From: a virus
Lineage: Duplodnaviria; Caudoviricetes
Reading direction: 5' to 3' (one strand)
DNA length: 57,709 nt
IMG/VR virus record: IMGVR_UViG_3300020169_001518
Coordinates: 1 to 57,709 of that record
A program made the position numbers and the translations under genes. Positions 19,848 through 30,405 of this stretch are shown one piece after another. The notes under the pieces are model-generated. The model was not told the DNA's origin, searched no databases, and saw only the letters and a list, made by a program, of their open reading frames with translations. Every line of letters starts with the position of its first letter. Position 1 is the stretch's first letter.

Positions 19848-19864
19848 TTTTTATGCGGGAGTCT

Positions 19865-20695
19865 TTAAAGTACTGCGCGGCCTTTCATTTTTTCCCAGTC
19901 TCTATTATTCCTAACTGCATCGTTAGTCATTTGAGCTGCTTTTAAAACATGATTAAGTGAGCCTTTTTCTTTAGACATTTGAATAATTGCTGCTAAATCT
20001 TTAGGAAAACAATGACCTCCATAACCAAAATCACCATCTGGTCCTGGAACTCCCCAATGTGAATCTCCTAATCTTGGATCTAATGTAGCCATTTCAATTA
20101 TTTTATCATAATCTAATTCTAATTCTTCACATAATTTATAGATCTCATTAGCAAATGATACCTTAGTCGCTAAAAATGTATTTGTAACATATTTTACTAA
20201 CTCAGCACTTTTAGCATCAGTTTTAATTATTCTAGGGGTTTTTCTAAATACTGCTGAGAATATTTGTTTAATTTTAGTTGTTGATTTTAATGAACCACCT
20301 AATAATAATCTACTTTGATTTTCAAAATCATCAACAGCATTTGCTTCAGTTAAAAACTCTGGATTAAATACTATGTCTATATTTTTATATTTACTATTGA
20401 ATTCATCTGTTGCCCCTGGTATTATAGTTGACTTAATTACAACTATTCTTTCAGTATCTGTATATTCATTAATTTGAGATAATACATCTTCAATAATATC
20501 TAAATTGCAACTACCATTTTGATTCATAGGTGTTGGTAAGCATACAAATACTATTTTACATCTGCTAACTGTTTCATCAAAAGTTGAATTACATAATTTA
20601 TCATTTAAATCATAAGTAAATACTTTATAATACTTACTTAATTTTTGGTAAATAGCATTACCAACAAAACCTTGTCCTATTATTCCTATATTCAT
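19865..20695 (-). CDS. UDP-glucose/GDP-mannose 6-dehydrogenase family (short form)
   Basis: GQGFVG, CLPTP, KST, NPEFL, K..N.FLATKVSFANE, GYGGHCFPKD. Confidence 0.9.
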   Translation of the reverse strand: MNIGIIGQGFVGNAIYQKLSKYYKVFTYDLNDKLCNSTFDETVSRCKIVFVCLPTPMNQNGSCNLDIIEDVLSQINEYTDTERIVVIKSTIIPGATDEFNSKYKNIDIVFNPEFLTEANAVDDFENQSRLLLGGSLKSTTKIKQIFSAVFRKTPRIIKTDAKSAELVKYVTNTFLATKVSFANEIYKLCEELELDYDKIIEMATLDPRLGDSHWGVPGPDGDFGYGGHCFPKDLAAIIQMSKEKGSLNHVLKAAQMTNDAVRNNRDWEKMKGRAVL

Positions 20696-20705
20696 AATTT
20701 TATTT

Positions 20706-21704
20706 TTATTTTTTCCAAAAGCTATATATTCCTTTATCTATTTCGTAGTTATCCCATATAAACCTATCTCTCATAGGTTGAGCTTTAGCCCATTCCCACA
20801 TTTTAGTTAATCCTTCTTTTAAATTAGTTTTGTGCTCAAAACCTAATATGTCGATTGATTTTTGAAAAGTAGGAACAGCATGTTTAACTTCATGTCTGCC
20901 TTCTAAATGTTCTACTTCACCTTTACCTACTATTTCTTGTAATACCTTAGCACATTCATTAATACTATATTCATGTATTCCACCTAAATTAATTATTTCC
21001 TTTGATGCTTTAGGTTCAAAATGTGCATTCCATAATGGTTCTATCGAATCATCAATATAACTAAATGCTCTAGTTTGTTCACCATCTCCAAATACAGTAA
21101 TTGGTTTATCATTAAGTAAATAATACATCCAAATACCTAATACATTTCTGTACTTATCCCAAATATTTTGTTTTGAACCATATACATTATGTGGTCTGAT
21201 AATAGTATAATCTAATCCATGTTGTTCGTTTGCTATCTCAATATCCATTTCACAAGCCATTTTAGCAATACCATAAGGATCTATTGGGTTTCTTCTCATA
21301 TCTTCATGAAATATACCACCTTCACCATGACCATAAACAGCCATTGTAGACGTAAATACCAATCTTTTAACGTCATTCTTTATACACTCATTAACTATGC
21401 GTGCTGTTGCTTTTAAATTGTTATCATAGTTGTAAGAACGTATAAAAGGCGATAATCCTTCAGCAGCATATGCAGCAAAATGATATACGTAATCTATTTT
21501 ATGTGCTTCAAATATATTTTCAATTGGATGGTTAACTAAATCCATTTGCCAAAATTTAACATCTGGGTGTACGTTTTCTTTATAACCACCACTTAAATCA
21601 TCTACACCTATTACTGTGTATCCAGGTTTATTTTCTATAATCCAATCTGCTAATCTACTACCTAGTAGACCTGCTACTCCTGTTATTAATATATTCTTAT
21701 TCAT
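20706..21704 (-). CDS. NAD-dependent nucleotide-sugar epimerase/dehydratase
   Basis: TGVAGLLG, YGIAK (YxxxK), RPHNVYG. Confidence 0.92.
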   Translation of the reverse strand: MNKNILITGVAGLLGSRLADWIIENKPGYTVIGVDDLSGGYKENVHPDVKFWQMDLVNHPIENIFEAHKIDYVYHFAAYAAEGLSPFIRSYNYDNNLKATARIVNECIKNDVKRLVFTSTMAVYGHGEGGIFHEDMRRNPIDPYGIAKMACEMDIEIANEQHGLDYTIIRPHNVYGSKQNIWDKYRNVLGIWMYYLLNDKPITVFGDGEQTRAFSYIDDSIEPLWNAHFEPKASKEIINLGGIHEYSINECAKVLQEIVGKGEVEHLEGRHEVKHAVPTFQKSIDILGFEHKTNLKEGLTKMWEWAKAQPMRDRFIWDNYEIDKGIYSFWKK

Positions 21705-22491
21705 ATTTTATTCCTTTAATTGTTTGTCCGTTTTTTGGATTATGTGATAAATTATTAAATAATTGTGGTGACATACCCCATTTATACATAAATAATTGAG
21801 CTGCTGGTTGTTCAGTTGATTTAAACATTTCACCTTCTTTACCATTTTTAGTAGCTGTACTCCCAAAATGATATAAACACGCTTCATGTGTTCTTTTAAA
21901 AACTATTCCGTTTAAATCTAATTTTAAAAAGAAATCCCAATCACATATAAAAGGTGATTTATAGAGAGTATCAAATCCACCTACAATCATATAATCTTTT
22001 TTATACATTGCAAATGGAAATATACCTCCATCATCTGTTAAGTGATTTTGCTTTATAGTCATTTCATGTTCAATAAACTCTTTATAATCAAATTCCTCAG
22101 GTGTACGGCCAAAATCTTTAACTTGAAAATTAAATATACCTGGTCCTGTTGGTTCAATTTGATTTAATGTCCATACTTCTCCTTGTGGTACTTTAGAAGC
22201 TACTATATCCCATTTAGTACAAAATACATTATCATCATTTACAATAACTATTTTTTCGTTAGTAGCATTCATTACAGCTAAATTAAGGGCTGATTGCATA
22301 CCTTGATTTAAACCTAAATCTAATACTTTTATATTATCCTTATACTTATCTAATACTTCTTTACTTTCTTCAATAAAACCATCTACTGCAACAATAATTT
22401 CGTTATCATTCCATTGTTGTTCAATGGCAGATTTAAGACATAGGTCTAAATATTTTGGGTTTCTGTATGTTGGTATAATTAAACTTATCAT
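21697..22491 (-). CDS. GT2 glycosyltransferase
   Basis: SLIIPTY, VDG, NDD, GGFD, DWDF. Confidence 0.88.
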   Translation of the reverse strand: MISLIIPTYRNPKYLDLCLKSAIEQQWNDNEIIVAVDGFIEESKEVLDKYKDNIKVLDLGLNQGMQSALNLAVMNATNEKIVIVNDDNVFCTKWDIVASKVPQGEVWTLNQIEPTGPGIFNFQVKDFGRTPEEFDYKEFIEHEMTIKQNHLTDDGGIFPFAMYKKDYMIVGGFDTLYKSPFICDWDFFLKLDLNGIVFKRTHEACLYHFGSTATKNGKEGEMFKSTEQPAAQLFMYKWGMSPQLFNNLSHNPKNGQTIKGIKYE

Positions 22492-23237
22492 ATTTTATTC
22501 CAATCTGTTAATGGTGATAACCAAGCTGATTCACAATGTGTTGAATAACCAGGAATTGAACTCATAACACCTATTTTCTTTGTTTGAATTAATTCTTGAA
22601 AAAATCCATATGAATCTGTTATTCTATTTTGAGCATATTTACTTAATAAATCTTTATCTAATTTTAATCTTTCACAAGTAGAAGCAAATGACATAACTGT
22701 ACTATTTGTTAGTTTCCAATGTACGGACTTTGTTTTAATTAACCTAGTAACTTCACCTTTTTGTTCAATATGCTTATTTCCACCATTTACAGCATTAATA
22801 TATTTATCTGGGTGATCATATAGTGTTATGTAAGATTGAGGGTATGTTGATAATCCTTCTTTAATTAATTTAAGTGAATTAGGTTTATGTAAAAAATCAT
22901 CTTCTAAAAGATAAATAATATCATCATCTTGGTTTTCATTTAAAGCTAAATTTAAAGCATCTAAAAATGTTTTTGAACCAGTACCATTTTTTACTTCAAC
23001 TAATTTTAAACCTTTATCTAAAACAAACTGTTTTGTTTCACTATTTAAAGTATCTCCTATAATTGTTATATTATCAACCCCAAATTCCTTAATACAATTT
23101 TCTAAACAGTGTTGTTTAGTAGCATTTTGTATTTTTTTCTTAGACATACCTGCTTCAAAATTAGATAGTCTATAATATACACTAACTTTTTGGTCTATCA
23201 ATTCATCAAATAAACTCATAATTTTATATTTTATCAA
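22488..23237 (-). CDS. GT-A fold glycosyltransferase-like protein
   Basis: YLLEDDFLH, PGYSTH. Confidence 0.7.
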   Translation of the reverse strand: MIKYKIMSLFDELIDQKVSVYYRLSNFEAGMSKKKIQNATKQHCLENCIKEFGVDNITIIGDTLNSETKQFVLDKGLKLVEVKNGTGSKTFLDALNLALNENQDDDIIYLLEDDFLHKPNSLKLIKEGLSTYPQSYITLYDHPDKYINAVNGGNKHIEQKGEVTRLIKTKSVHWKLTNSTVMSFASTCERLKLDKDLLSKYAQNRITDSYGFFQELIQTKKIGVMSSIPGYSTHCESAWLSPLTDWNKI

Positions 23238-24162
23238 AAATTAATTCTAAATCTTTATCTACAAACACATATTTAACATTTCTAACTGTATTTGCTCTAG
23301 GTGATTTATAAGGGCAAAGTACTATAGATTCTGTTGTTTTTGCAACGGCATCACTTATACCTGCTTGATAACTTATATTAAATTCTGCCCTTGCTTTTAT
23401 ACACAATTGTTCTCTAATGGTTAATCCCATCCTTGCAAAATTATATCTTACAGGAAATATTTCATCCCATTCTGTACCTTCTAAATCAAAATCACTATAG
23501 TAATATACGGGAGTATCTTTAAATTTCCTAGCTTCTTTTAATAAGTTTTTATCATCCCACCTTCCTTTTAATTTTTCTATACGTGAAGAAAGTAATAAAC
23601 ATCCATATTTTTCTTTACCAGTTACATATTTTGCAGCATCTGCTTCTTCTTGAGTAAAATATAAAGATGGTCTGGAGTCTATTTTATTTAAATCATCTAT
23701 TGTAAAACCAAACCTAAGTAATACTTGTTCTGCAATTGGTAAATTTGAATCTGGAGCGAACCAACATCTATCATGATCAGTAAATATTTGTTTAATTTCA
23801 CCTGGGTCAAATAGATAATCTATATGAGGATTATTTTTAAATATTATATCAAAATTATCTATAGCGTTGTGGTGTTTAGAATAATTCCATCTATTTAAAA
23901 TAGGCCCTAATAGTTCTATAAACCATTTTCTAGATGGAAAAGCAACTTTTATTTTTGGGTATTTTTTCTTTAATGCTTCAGGAAGACCACTTATTACTGC
24001 CCAGTCACCAATTGAAAAATCCATTCTAGTAAAACAAAACCATCCATCATAATCTTCAGGTAATGTATTAAGCATTCCTTCTTCAATAAATGAATGAGGC
24101 CATCCTAAATGATCAGTTTCATTTTGTGATAATTTATCGTTTTCTATTATAAATTGTTTCAT
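23224..24162 (-). CDS. GT9 (heptosyltransferase)-like glycosyltransferase
   Basis: SIGDW...LKKKYP..KV...FKNNPHID; P.LYFT.EE; TIREQL.. Confidence 0.6.
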   Translation of the reverse strand: MKQFIIENDKLSQNETDHLGWPHSFIEEGMLNTLPEDYDGWFCFTRMDFSIGDWAVISGLPEALKKKYPKIKVAFPSRKWFIELLGPILNRWNYSKHHNAIDNFDIIFKNNPHIDYLFDPGEIKQIFTDHDRCWFAPDSNLPIAEQVLLRFGFTIDDLNKIDSRPSLYFTQEEADAAKYVTGKEKYGCLLLSSRIEKLKGRWDDKNLLKEARKFKDTPVYYYSDFDLEGTEWDEIFPVRYNFARMGLTIREQLCIKARAEFNISYQAGISDAVAKTTESIVLCPYKSPRANTVRNVKYVFVDKDLELIFDKI

Positions 24163-25124
24163 TAATAGTCGTAATTAAACCTTAGTATATCTTCTCTATA
24201 TATTTCTCCTACCATATTAATCATATCGTCATCGTACATATTTTTATAATGTATTTCTGTTGATGATACGTTTTTTGTAGATAAATTATAACTATGGATT
24301 ATGTTAGTATCTCCTGTTACTTCAGCAAGATGGTAAACTGTTTCTTTAAAATTTTCAAACCTACCTACATGATCAACTAAAATCTCTTCAGTTTCATAAT
24401 CAACAATATAAGGAAATTGATACGTTGTAAAAGGCATATTCATATATCTTTTAAAACCTAAATCTTCATCATATCTGTAGATTAGCCTCCCACTAAATGG
24501 GTTTATTTGTTTTGAATTAAAAATTACTTCTACATATTCTTTAAATGAGTTTGCTATTGATCTATTATCTCTTTGACCTTGTAAAGCATTTACATTCTTT
24601 TTGTGTTGTTGTCTAACGTGATCTTCACTTAATAATAGTTGTTGTTCTATAATTTGTGGGTTGTATGGTTGTAAAAGATTAGGTGTTGGTGATTTAATTA
24701 CAAAATCATTGAAACCCCATTTAGTATATTTATAACCTGACCATAAAATATCCCATGGATTTCTAACTACAGCAAATTTATAGTAACTATTCCATTCTTT
24801 TTCTTCCCCTTCATTTTTAAACCATTCTCTTAATCTCCATGCACTATGATGACCAAAATTATTATAATGTTGAACATCACCATAAACATAATGTTTTAAA
24901 GATATACCCCCAGTTTTTGGAATATGAACATGAAATATATTTGAATTAGACTTATTTTTAGAAAATGATCTTTTTAAAGGTTGAGTTTTTAACCATGTAA
25001 GCCAATCTTCTTTTTTATTAAATATCATAGCCGTTTTGGCAAAATCTTTATTAAATTTTTCTGTTTCATCTCTTTTAAATTGAGGAAAATTAGCAGAATG
25101 ATATTGGGTAGTTTCTTCGTTCAT
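24162..25124 (-). CDS. sulfotransferase family 2 (carbohydrate sulfotransferase-like)
   Basis: HIPKTGGISL (5'-PSB), VRNPW...SGY (3'-PB), GRFE, Y..D...FNY. Confidence 0.85.
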   Translation of the reverse strand: MNEETTQYHSANFPQFKRDETEKFNKDFAKTAMIFNKKEDWLTWLKTQPLKRSFSKNKSNSNIFHVHIPKTGGISLKHYVYGDVQHYNNFGHHSAWRLREWFKNEGEEKEWNSYYKFAVVRNPWDILWSGYKYTKWGFNDFVIKSPTPNLLQPYNPQIIEQQLLLSEDHVRQQHKKNVNALQGQRDNRSIANSFKEYVEVIFNSKQINPFSGRLIYRYDEDLGFKRYMNMPFTTYQFPYIVDYETEEILVDHVGRFENFKETVYHLAEVTGDTNIIHSYNLSTKNVSSTEIHYKNMYDDDMINMVGEIYREDILRFNYDY

Positions 25125-26324
25125 TTACCATCCTTTTTTAATTAAATCAACAATATATTCTCTTGATTCTTGATCAACCCAATAACCTACGGGGATGCAT
25201 AACATAGTTTTTACAGCCTCATCTACACCTGGTAAATGTGATTTAAATTGTTGTGTACAAGTATGTAAATCATTTCTTTCATGTACTCTAGAAGATTTAA
25301 CACCATTTTCACCTAAATACCTCATTAAATCATCTCTTCGTTCAGCATGTAATGAATATAACCAATATGCTGGGTCTGCACAATCAAATTCATTAATTAA
25401 AGTAATACCATCAACCCCTTTAAGGTTTTCTTTATAAAATTGACCATTTGACTTATTAGAATTAACTATATAATCAGCATGTTCTAAATTACTTCTACCT
25501 ATAGCTGCACTTATATCATTCATATGATACTTATAACCTGCTTCTTCAACATCAGCTTCACACCTAAAATCAGCTCTATTACCTGCATCTCTATCTATAC
25601 CATACCATCTTAAAGTATTAAATGATTTAGTTGAACTAGCATAAGGGCTAGAGATAAATCCTCCATCACCTGAGGTTATATGTTTTATAGCTTGTAAACT
25701 AAAAGTACCAAAATTGCCTGTAAAGCCAATTTTTTTATCTTTCCATGTTGATCCAAATGAATGAGCACAATCTTCTATTATTATAACTTTTCTACCATAT
25801 TTTTCTGTAGCTGTATCAGTTATTTCTTTTAATCTATCTAAGTCAATAGGATTTCCACCCCAATGTACTACAGTAATTATACGAGTATGTTCATTAATTT
25901 TATTTTCTAAATCATCTAATGACATATTTAATGTCTTAGGATCAGTATCAACCCATTTAAGATTTAATCCAGAATTAATAATAGGCCAATTTGTAGCTGT
26001 ACAAGTTAAAGCCGTGGTTAATACTTCATCTGTTGGTTTTAATGCATCCCATTTACAAGAGGTAAAAGCAATTCCTTGGTAAAGATTTTCCAGTAGGGTT
26101 CTATCTTTTTTGAAGTAATGATATAATAAATGTTCTGCTGATGTTGCTGAATTTACAGTTGATATATTATAAGCTTCATCCGCTTCAAAAAATCTTCTTA
26201 ACTCAGATTCAAATTTTTTAACTTGGGGTCCTTCTCCTATAAAACCACTATTAATAACTTCACCTGCCCTTTTAGCTGCATCCTTAGACATAAATACTTT
26301 AAATAATGGAATTTCTTTTTTCAT
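25125..26324 (-). CDS. DegT/DnrJ/EryC1/StrS PLP sugar aminotransferase
   Basis: NSATSA, VHWGG, EDCAHSFG, FSLQAIKHITSGDGG, GYKYHM. Confidence 0.92.
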   Translation of the reverse strand: MKKEIPLFKVFMSKDAAKRAGEVINSGFIGEGPQVKKFESELRRFFEADEAYNISTVNSATSAEHLLYHYFKKDRTLLENLYQGIAFTSCKWDALKPTDEVLTTALTCTATNWPIINSGLNLKWVDTDPKTLNMSLDDLENKINEHTRIITVVHWGGNPIDLDRLKEITDTATEKYGRKVIIIEDCAHSFGSTWKDKKIGFTGNFGTFSLQAIKHITSGDGGFISSPYASSTKSFNTLRWYGIDRDAGNRADFRCEADVEEAGYKYHMNDISAAIGRSNLEHADYIVNSNKSNGQFYKENLKGVDGITLINEFDCADPAYWLYSLHAERRDDLMRYLGENGVKSSRVHERNDLHTCTQQFKSHLPGVDEAVKTMLCIPVGYWVDQESREYIVDLIKKGW

Positions 26325-26948
26325 TTACAACGTGTTATAATAATTATTTTGTTCTTCTTGTTTTTTTATTGTCTTAGGATGATATAAAGCTAATTCAGGC
26401 ATACCAGGTAATAAAGCATATGTTTCAAAACCTTCTAATACTTCATGTACTTTATTTTTCCATTTAATTTCAGGTTTATTTTTCCAAATTCTCCACTGAT
26501 AATCAGGCCAATTAACTCTATCTTGAGAGTCAACATTCCACCTCCATTTTTCAATATGTTCAGTAGTTAAACCTGAAACGGTATTAACCCTAGGTACTAA
26601 ATAAACTTCATTATCTGGGTTTCCTTCAAGTATTTGAGGTAATTTTTCAATTAATATTTCATGAGGTAATTCATCAGCATCAATTTGAAATATATAATCA
26701 CCAGTACATAACTCAGTTAATTGATTTTTCCAATCTGCAAAATGATGTTTGAAAGTTTTTGCATGATAACTACAACAATCATCACCTTTTAATTCACTAA
26801 CACGTTGCCATACTTCAGGTGTACCTTTTTTCTTGTCAAATAAAACAACTATTTCATCTTCTTTACGTTTAGCTTTTATAAGAAAATTTAATAATCTAGT
26901 TATTTCTTCTAACTCATTACAAACTGTTATTGCATAACTTATCTTCAT
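26325..26948 (-). CDS. GT2 glycosyltransferase
   Basis: SYAITVCNE, FQIDADE, WPDYQWR, VHE. Confidence 0.85.
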   Translation of the reverse strand: MKISYAITVCNELEEITRLLNFLIKAKRKEDEIVVLFDKKKGTPEVWQRVSELKGDDCCSYHAKTFKHHFADWKNQLTELCTGDYIFQIDADELPHEILIEKLPQILEGNPDNEVYLVPRVNTVSGLTTEHIEKWRWNVDSQDRVNWPDYQWRIWKNKPEIKWKNKVHEVLEGFETYALLPGMPELALYHPKTIKKQEEQNNYYNTL

Positions 26949-26950
26949 AT

Positions 26951-27394
26951 CTATTCTGGTAGTATTCCAATATACGAAAGAGCATCTATATAATCACGTT
27001 CTTTAAAGTATTGAATTGTGGACATATCTGCTCTATGTGATTGACCTTTATATTTTTCTCTATCTTCTTCAGGTATTTCAACTGCTTTGACAGCTCCCCA
27101 AGCCCAATTATCTTTATCTGGTCCTGAAGCAAATAACATTCCTTGTTCTGGTAAGTTAATTGTGTTAGGGAGCCAAATAAGATCAGTTTTTGGGTCTTTC
27201 CAAGCTAAATCTTTATAAATTTCAGGTAAAAATTCTATTTGTTCATTATAAAATTCACTTCCTTCTTTCATAAGAGTATTAGTCCAAAAACCACAAGACA
27301 AACTCATATAATTAGTTATTTCTTTATTTATTTCTATTCTGTAACATAGATCACCACCTGATTTAGGGCAATCTACTATTTCATCGTATTTCAT
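26951..27394 (-). CDS. hypothetical protein
   Basis: Operon-packed ORF with CP...C...CG. Confidence 0.7.
   Translation of the reverse strand: MKYDEIVDCPKSGGDLCYRIEINKEITNYMSLSCGFWTNTLMKEGSEFYNEQIEFLPEIYKDLAWKDPKTDLIWLPNTINLPEQGMLFASGPDKDNWAWGAVKAVEIPEEDREKYKGQSHRADMSTIQYFKERDYIDALSYIGILPE
26967..26998 (-). promoter_or_regulatory. internal Bacteroidota-type promoter
   Basis: CGTG-N20-TATATTGG just upstream of the next ATG. Confidence 0.5.
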
Positions 27395-27395
27395 A

Positions 27396-28700
27396 TTATT
27401 TTAATTTTGGTAATTGTACATCAGTATTAAATTTAATGTCAGTAGGCATTGATAAATCCATTTTTTTAGCAAACTTTGGTAAATTTGAATCTAAAATATT
27501 ACCTACTAATTCTTTCATATGGTCAAAACTAAAATTAGTTTTAACGTAATGACCTTGTTGTTTAGCTTTACCTACTAATGATTTATATTTTTCATATACA
27601 TTTTTAAATACTCTACTCATTTGCGTTACATCAGGTGCAAACCATGATGTTTGAGGTAATAACCATTTATTAGCAGCACTTTGGTGTACTGGCTCTAATT
27701 TTCCAGGAATTAAAATAGTATAATCTGGGTTTAGAAAATCTAATTGTCCTGACCAACCTGAAGCTATAATAGGTTTTTTAGATAATCCAAATTCTAATAA
27801 CGGTCTACCAAATCCTTCCCCTTTATTAAAACTAACCATTGCTTTTACTTTAGGATGATTATATAATTCATTCATTTCAGAATTACTAAAATCTCCATTT
27901 AATAAATAAACATTTGGTAATGTTCTAGCTCCTTTAACTTGATTTCGTATACCTTTTATTTTTTCTAAAATACTATCTCTACTCATATAATTTTCTACAC
28001 CTTCAGATGTTTTTAAAATTAAAGCAGGTGGACTTTTTTTATTTTTAAATGTTTCAAAAAATATTTTAATAGTTTGACCTATATTTTTTCTATCATGACC
28101 TAAATCACCTTGCATCCACATACCAACAAATAAATAACAAAATTGTTCTTTAATTTTACTTAAATCTAATTTTACTTCACTAGAAGGTAAATGTTTATAA
28201 ACATCTAAATCTGCACCTTCAAATACAACGTGTATAGGTTTAGTTGATTTAATTTTCCCTACTACTTTATTAGTTTGTTTATCTCTCTTATCAAATGTAA
28301 CATCTTGAAATACCTTTTGGCTATGTTTAGATGAAACCCAATTCATGTTCATTCTATTTAAACCTTCAACCCATGAACCATCACAACCTGTACTTTCAAT
28401 ACCAGCTGTACATCCAATATTATATGTTCCTACTGGTTGGAATTCACTTGGAATTGTAATTTGCATCCATATGTCAGCTTTTTCACCTTTAGGTATATTA
28501 GGTACCGATAATGCTTGTAAAAACTTAAATTTAGGATGTTCATCACAAAACCCTAAAGTACAGTCTCCCCACCTTTGGCTTAATAACTTAACATCATATT
28601 TGTCTAGTTCTATAATTGCTTTAATGATATCTCTAGCTCTTGCTCCATAACCACTGTAAGTGTCAAATGGTGAACTTATATAAAAACTTGGTTTATTCAT
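27396..28700 (-). CDS. GT4 glycosyltransferase
   Basis: SGYG, RKN, GEGFGRPLLE, SGWSGQLDF. Confidence 0.88.
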   Translation of the reverse strand: MNKPSFYISSPFDTYSGYGARARDIIKAIIELDKYDVKLLSQRWGDCTLGFCDEHPKFKFLQALSVPNIPKGEKADIWMQITIPSEFQPVGTYNIGCTAGIESTGCDGSWVEGLNRMNMNWVSSKHSQKVFQDVTFDKRDKQTNKVVGKIKSTKPIHVVFEGADLDVYKHLPSSEVKLDLSKIKEQFCYLFVGMWMQGDLGHDRKNIGQTIKIFFETFKNKKSPPALILKTSEGVENYMSRDSILEKIKGIRNQVKGARTLPNVYLLNGDFSNSEMNELYNHPKVKAMVSFNKGEGFGRPLLEFGLSKKPIIASGWSGQLDFLNPDYTILIPGKLEPVHQSAANKWLLPQTSWFAPDVTQMSRVFKNVYEKYKSLVGKAKQQGHYVKTNFSFDHMKELVGNILDSNLPKFAKKMDLSMPTDIKFNTDVQLPKLK

Positions 28701-30148
28701 TAGTATAATAATTTATGGTTTAAAAATTTACCTTTATATTCATTAGTGTTAATAATTTGATGTTCAGTTTTTGGTTTCCATGTTGAAAATAATTCTTCCA
28801 TAGAATCCATAAACCTTTCAGCTTGATGTTTATGTGTAAACCCAGCTTCATCACTAATTGCCCATTTTCTTCCTTTATAACCCCTTTCTTTTCTCTCTTT
28901 AGGGTCCATGTTATAAATTTCTAATATTCTTTCAGTTGCATCTTCCCATTTACATCTATCATCAAAAATATAAGGTGTTGGAGGAGATCCTTGCATTGAT
29001 CTACTTGTTGGATATACTGGAAATGCCCATTCACCATGTTCTTTATATGTACCTCTATGATTAGAAGGCACATCAGCACTTGGTGTAAACCATTCCCCTT
29101 TATCATCAACAAATCTCATTTGATCTTGCATACCACCTGTTGTATTAGCTATAATTGGAGTACCTGATAGTATAGCTTCAGTAAGTGTTAATCCCCAACC
29201 TTCATTTGATGTTAATAATATTTGAGCGTCAGCTATATTATATAAATAATTTAATTCATGTGGTGGTAATTTAGCAGTTGAAAATACAATACACTCTTTA
29301 TATTTTTCATCAAATAATAGTTCTGAAACTTTAACTAAATTAGTACCATGATCTGATGAAGGTTCAGTATGTAAAATAAATCTACATTTTTTAGCCTTTT
29401 CTAATGGTAAAGAATCTAAAAATCCTCTAAAAGCTAGTAAACTATCTGGTATTTGTTTTCTTCTTATGTTTCTTGAGTTAAAGAATAATGTAAACTCAAC
29501 ACCAGCATTACCTTGTACTTTATTTTTAAATTCTAGGTATTTATCATAATCCTTATCTAATTCTGTTATAGGTCTAAATATATCTGAATTTAAACCATGA
29601 GGGACATAATTACAAATTCTATCTTCAATATCATCACCTAATACTGTTTTATTAATAAAAACAGTTTGTTTAGATATACCCATTAATAAATCACATGATT
29701 GATAAAATGGTTTATTATATAATGGAGCTGGTAAATCATCCCAAATATTTAAATAAGTAATTGGTATTTTTCTCCTAATTTCTCTTTCCATTTTAAATAT
29801 GTGATGGAAATATCTTGGATCTGTAATAAGTAATACTGCATCGGGTTTTTCTCTTAAGAATATTTGTCTAAAAATATTTCCATCACCATAACCATCTACA
29901 GGATATAACATAACAGAAGCATCATCTATTCCTGCAAGTTTACCTACATCAGCACTCATATCTAATGCTTTACCTTTATCTGGATGTTTAATGGAACCTG
30001 CAATTTGGCACCAATTATAACGATGAGCTGTATGTATTACAATTTCTTTACCTACTGTTGCTACACCAGAATGTACTCTAATATCATCTGTGATTAATAA
30101 TATTTTCTTCCTTTTGTCTTTAGGAAGATATTCAAAACTTTTATTCAT
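28700..30148 (-). CDS. GT4 glycosyltransferase
   Basis: SGVA, VPHG, RNIRRK, NEGWGLTLTEA, TGGMQDQ. Confidence 0.88.
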   Translation of the reverse strand: MNKSFEYLPKDKRKKILLITDDIRVHSGVATVGKEIVIHTAHRYNWCQIAGSIKHPDKGKALDMSADVGKLAGIDDASVMLYPVDGYGDGNIFRQIFLREKPDAVLLITDPRYFHHIFKMEREIRRKIPITYLNIWDDLPAPLYNKPFYQSCDLLMGISKQTVFINKTVLGDDIEDRICNYVPHGLNSDIFRPITELDKDYDKYLEFKNKVQGNAGVEFTLFFNSRNIRRKQIPDSLLAFRGFLDSLPLEKAKKCRFILHTEPSSDHGTNLVKVSELLFDEKYKECIVFSTAKLPPHELNYLYNIADAQILLTSNEGWGLTLTEAILSGTPIIANTTGGMQDQMRFVDDKGEWFTPSADVPSNHRGTYKEHGEWAFPVYPTSRSMQGSPPTPYIFDDRCKWEDATERILEIYNMDPKERKERGYKGRKWAISDEAGFTHKHQAERFMDSMEELFSTWKPKTEHQIINTNEYKGKFLNHKLLY

Positions 30149-30161
30149 CTAATTTTAATTT

Positions 30162-30350
30162 TTATAATTCGAGATTCGTTTGACTTGTAATTTGTTTTCT
30201 AAAATCTTCATCTGTAAGATATAAATAAATAGATCTATCTGCTAATTTTTGGAATGAGAATTTTCTTTTTACACACTCAATCTTAAAATTTTCGAATAAA
30301 TCTGCTTGAACTTTAACACTCGTTAGTGTCATTTTGTTTGGATTTGCCAT
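30162..30350 (-). CDS. small ribbon-helix-helix-like DNA-binding protein
   Basis: LTSVKV beta strand followed by two helices. Confidence 0.55.
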   Translation of the reverse strand: MANPNKMTLTSVKVQADLFENFKIECVKRKFSFQKLADRSIYLYLTDEDFRKQITSQTNLEL

Positions 30351-30405
30351 AATTTAATTTTTAATAACGTTATATTTGTCTATACGTATATGAATATTCC
30401 TCAAT

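Noticed and set aside
10620-19862. CRISPR array interpretation of the repeated intergenic motif
   Set aside because: The copies are hundreds to thousands of bases apart, separated by whole genes, and match promoter architecture; no cas operon is present
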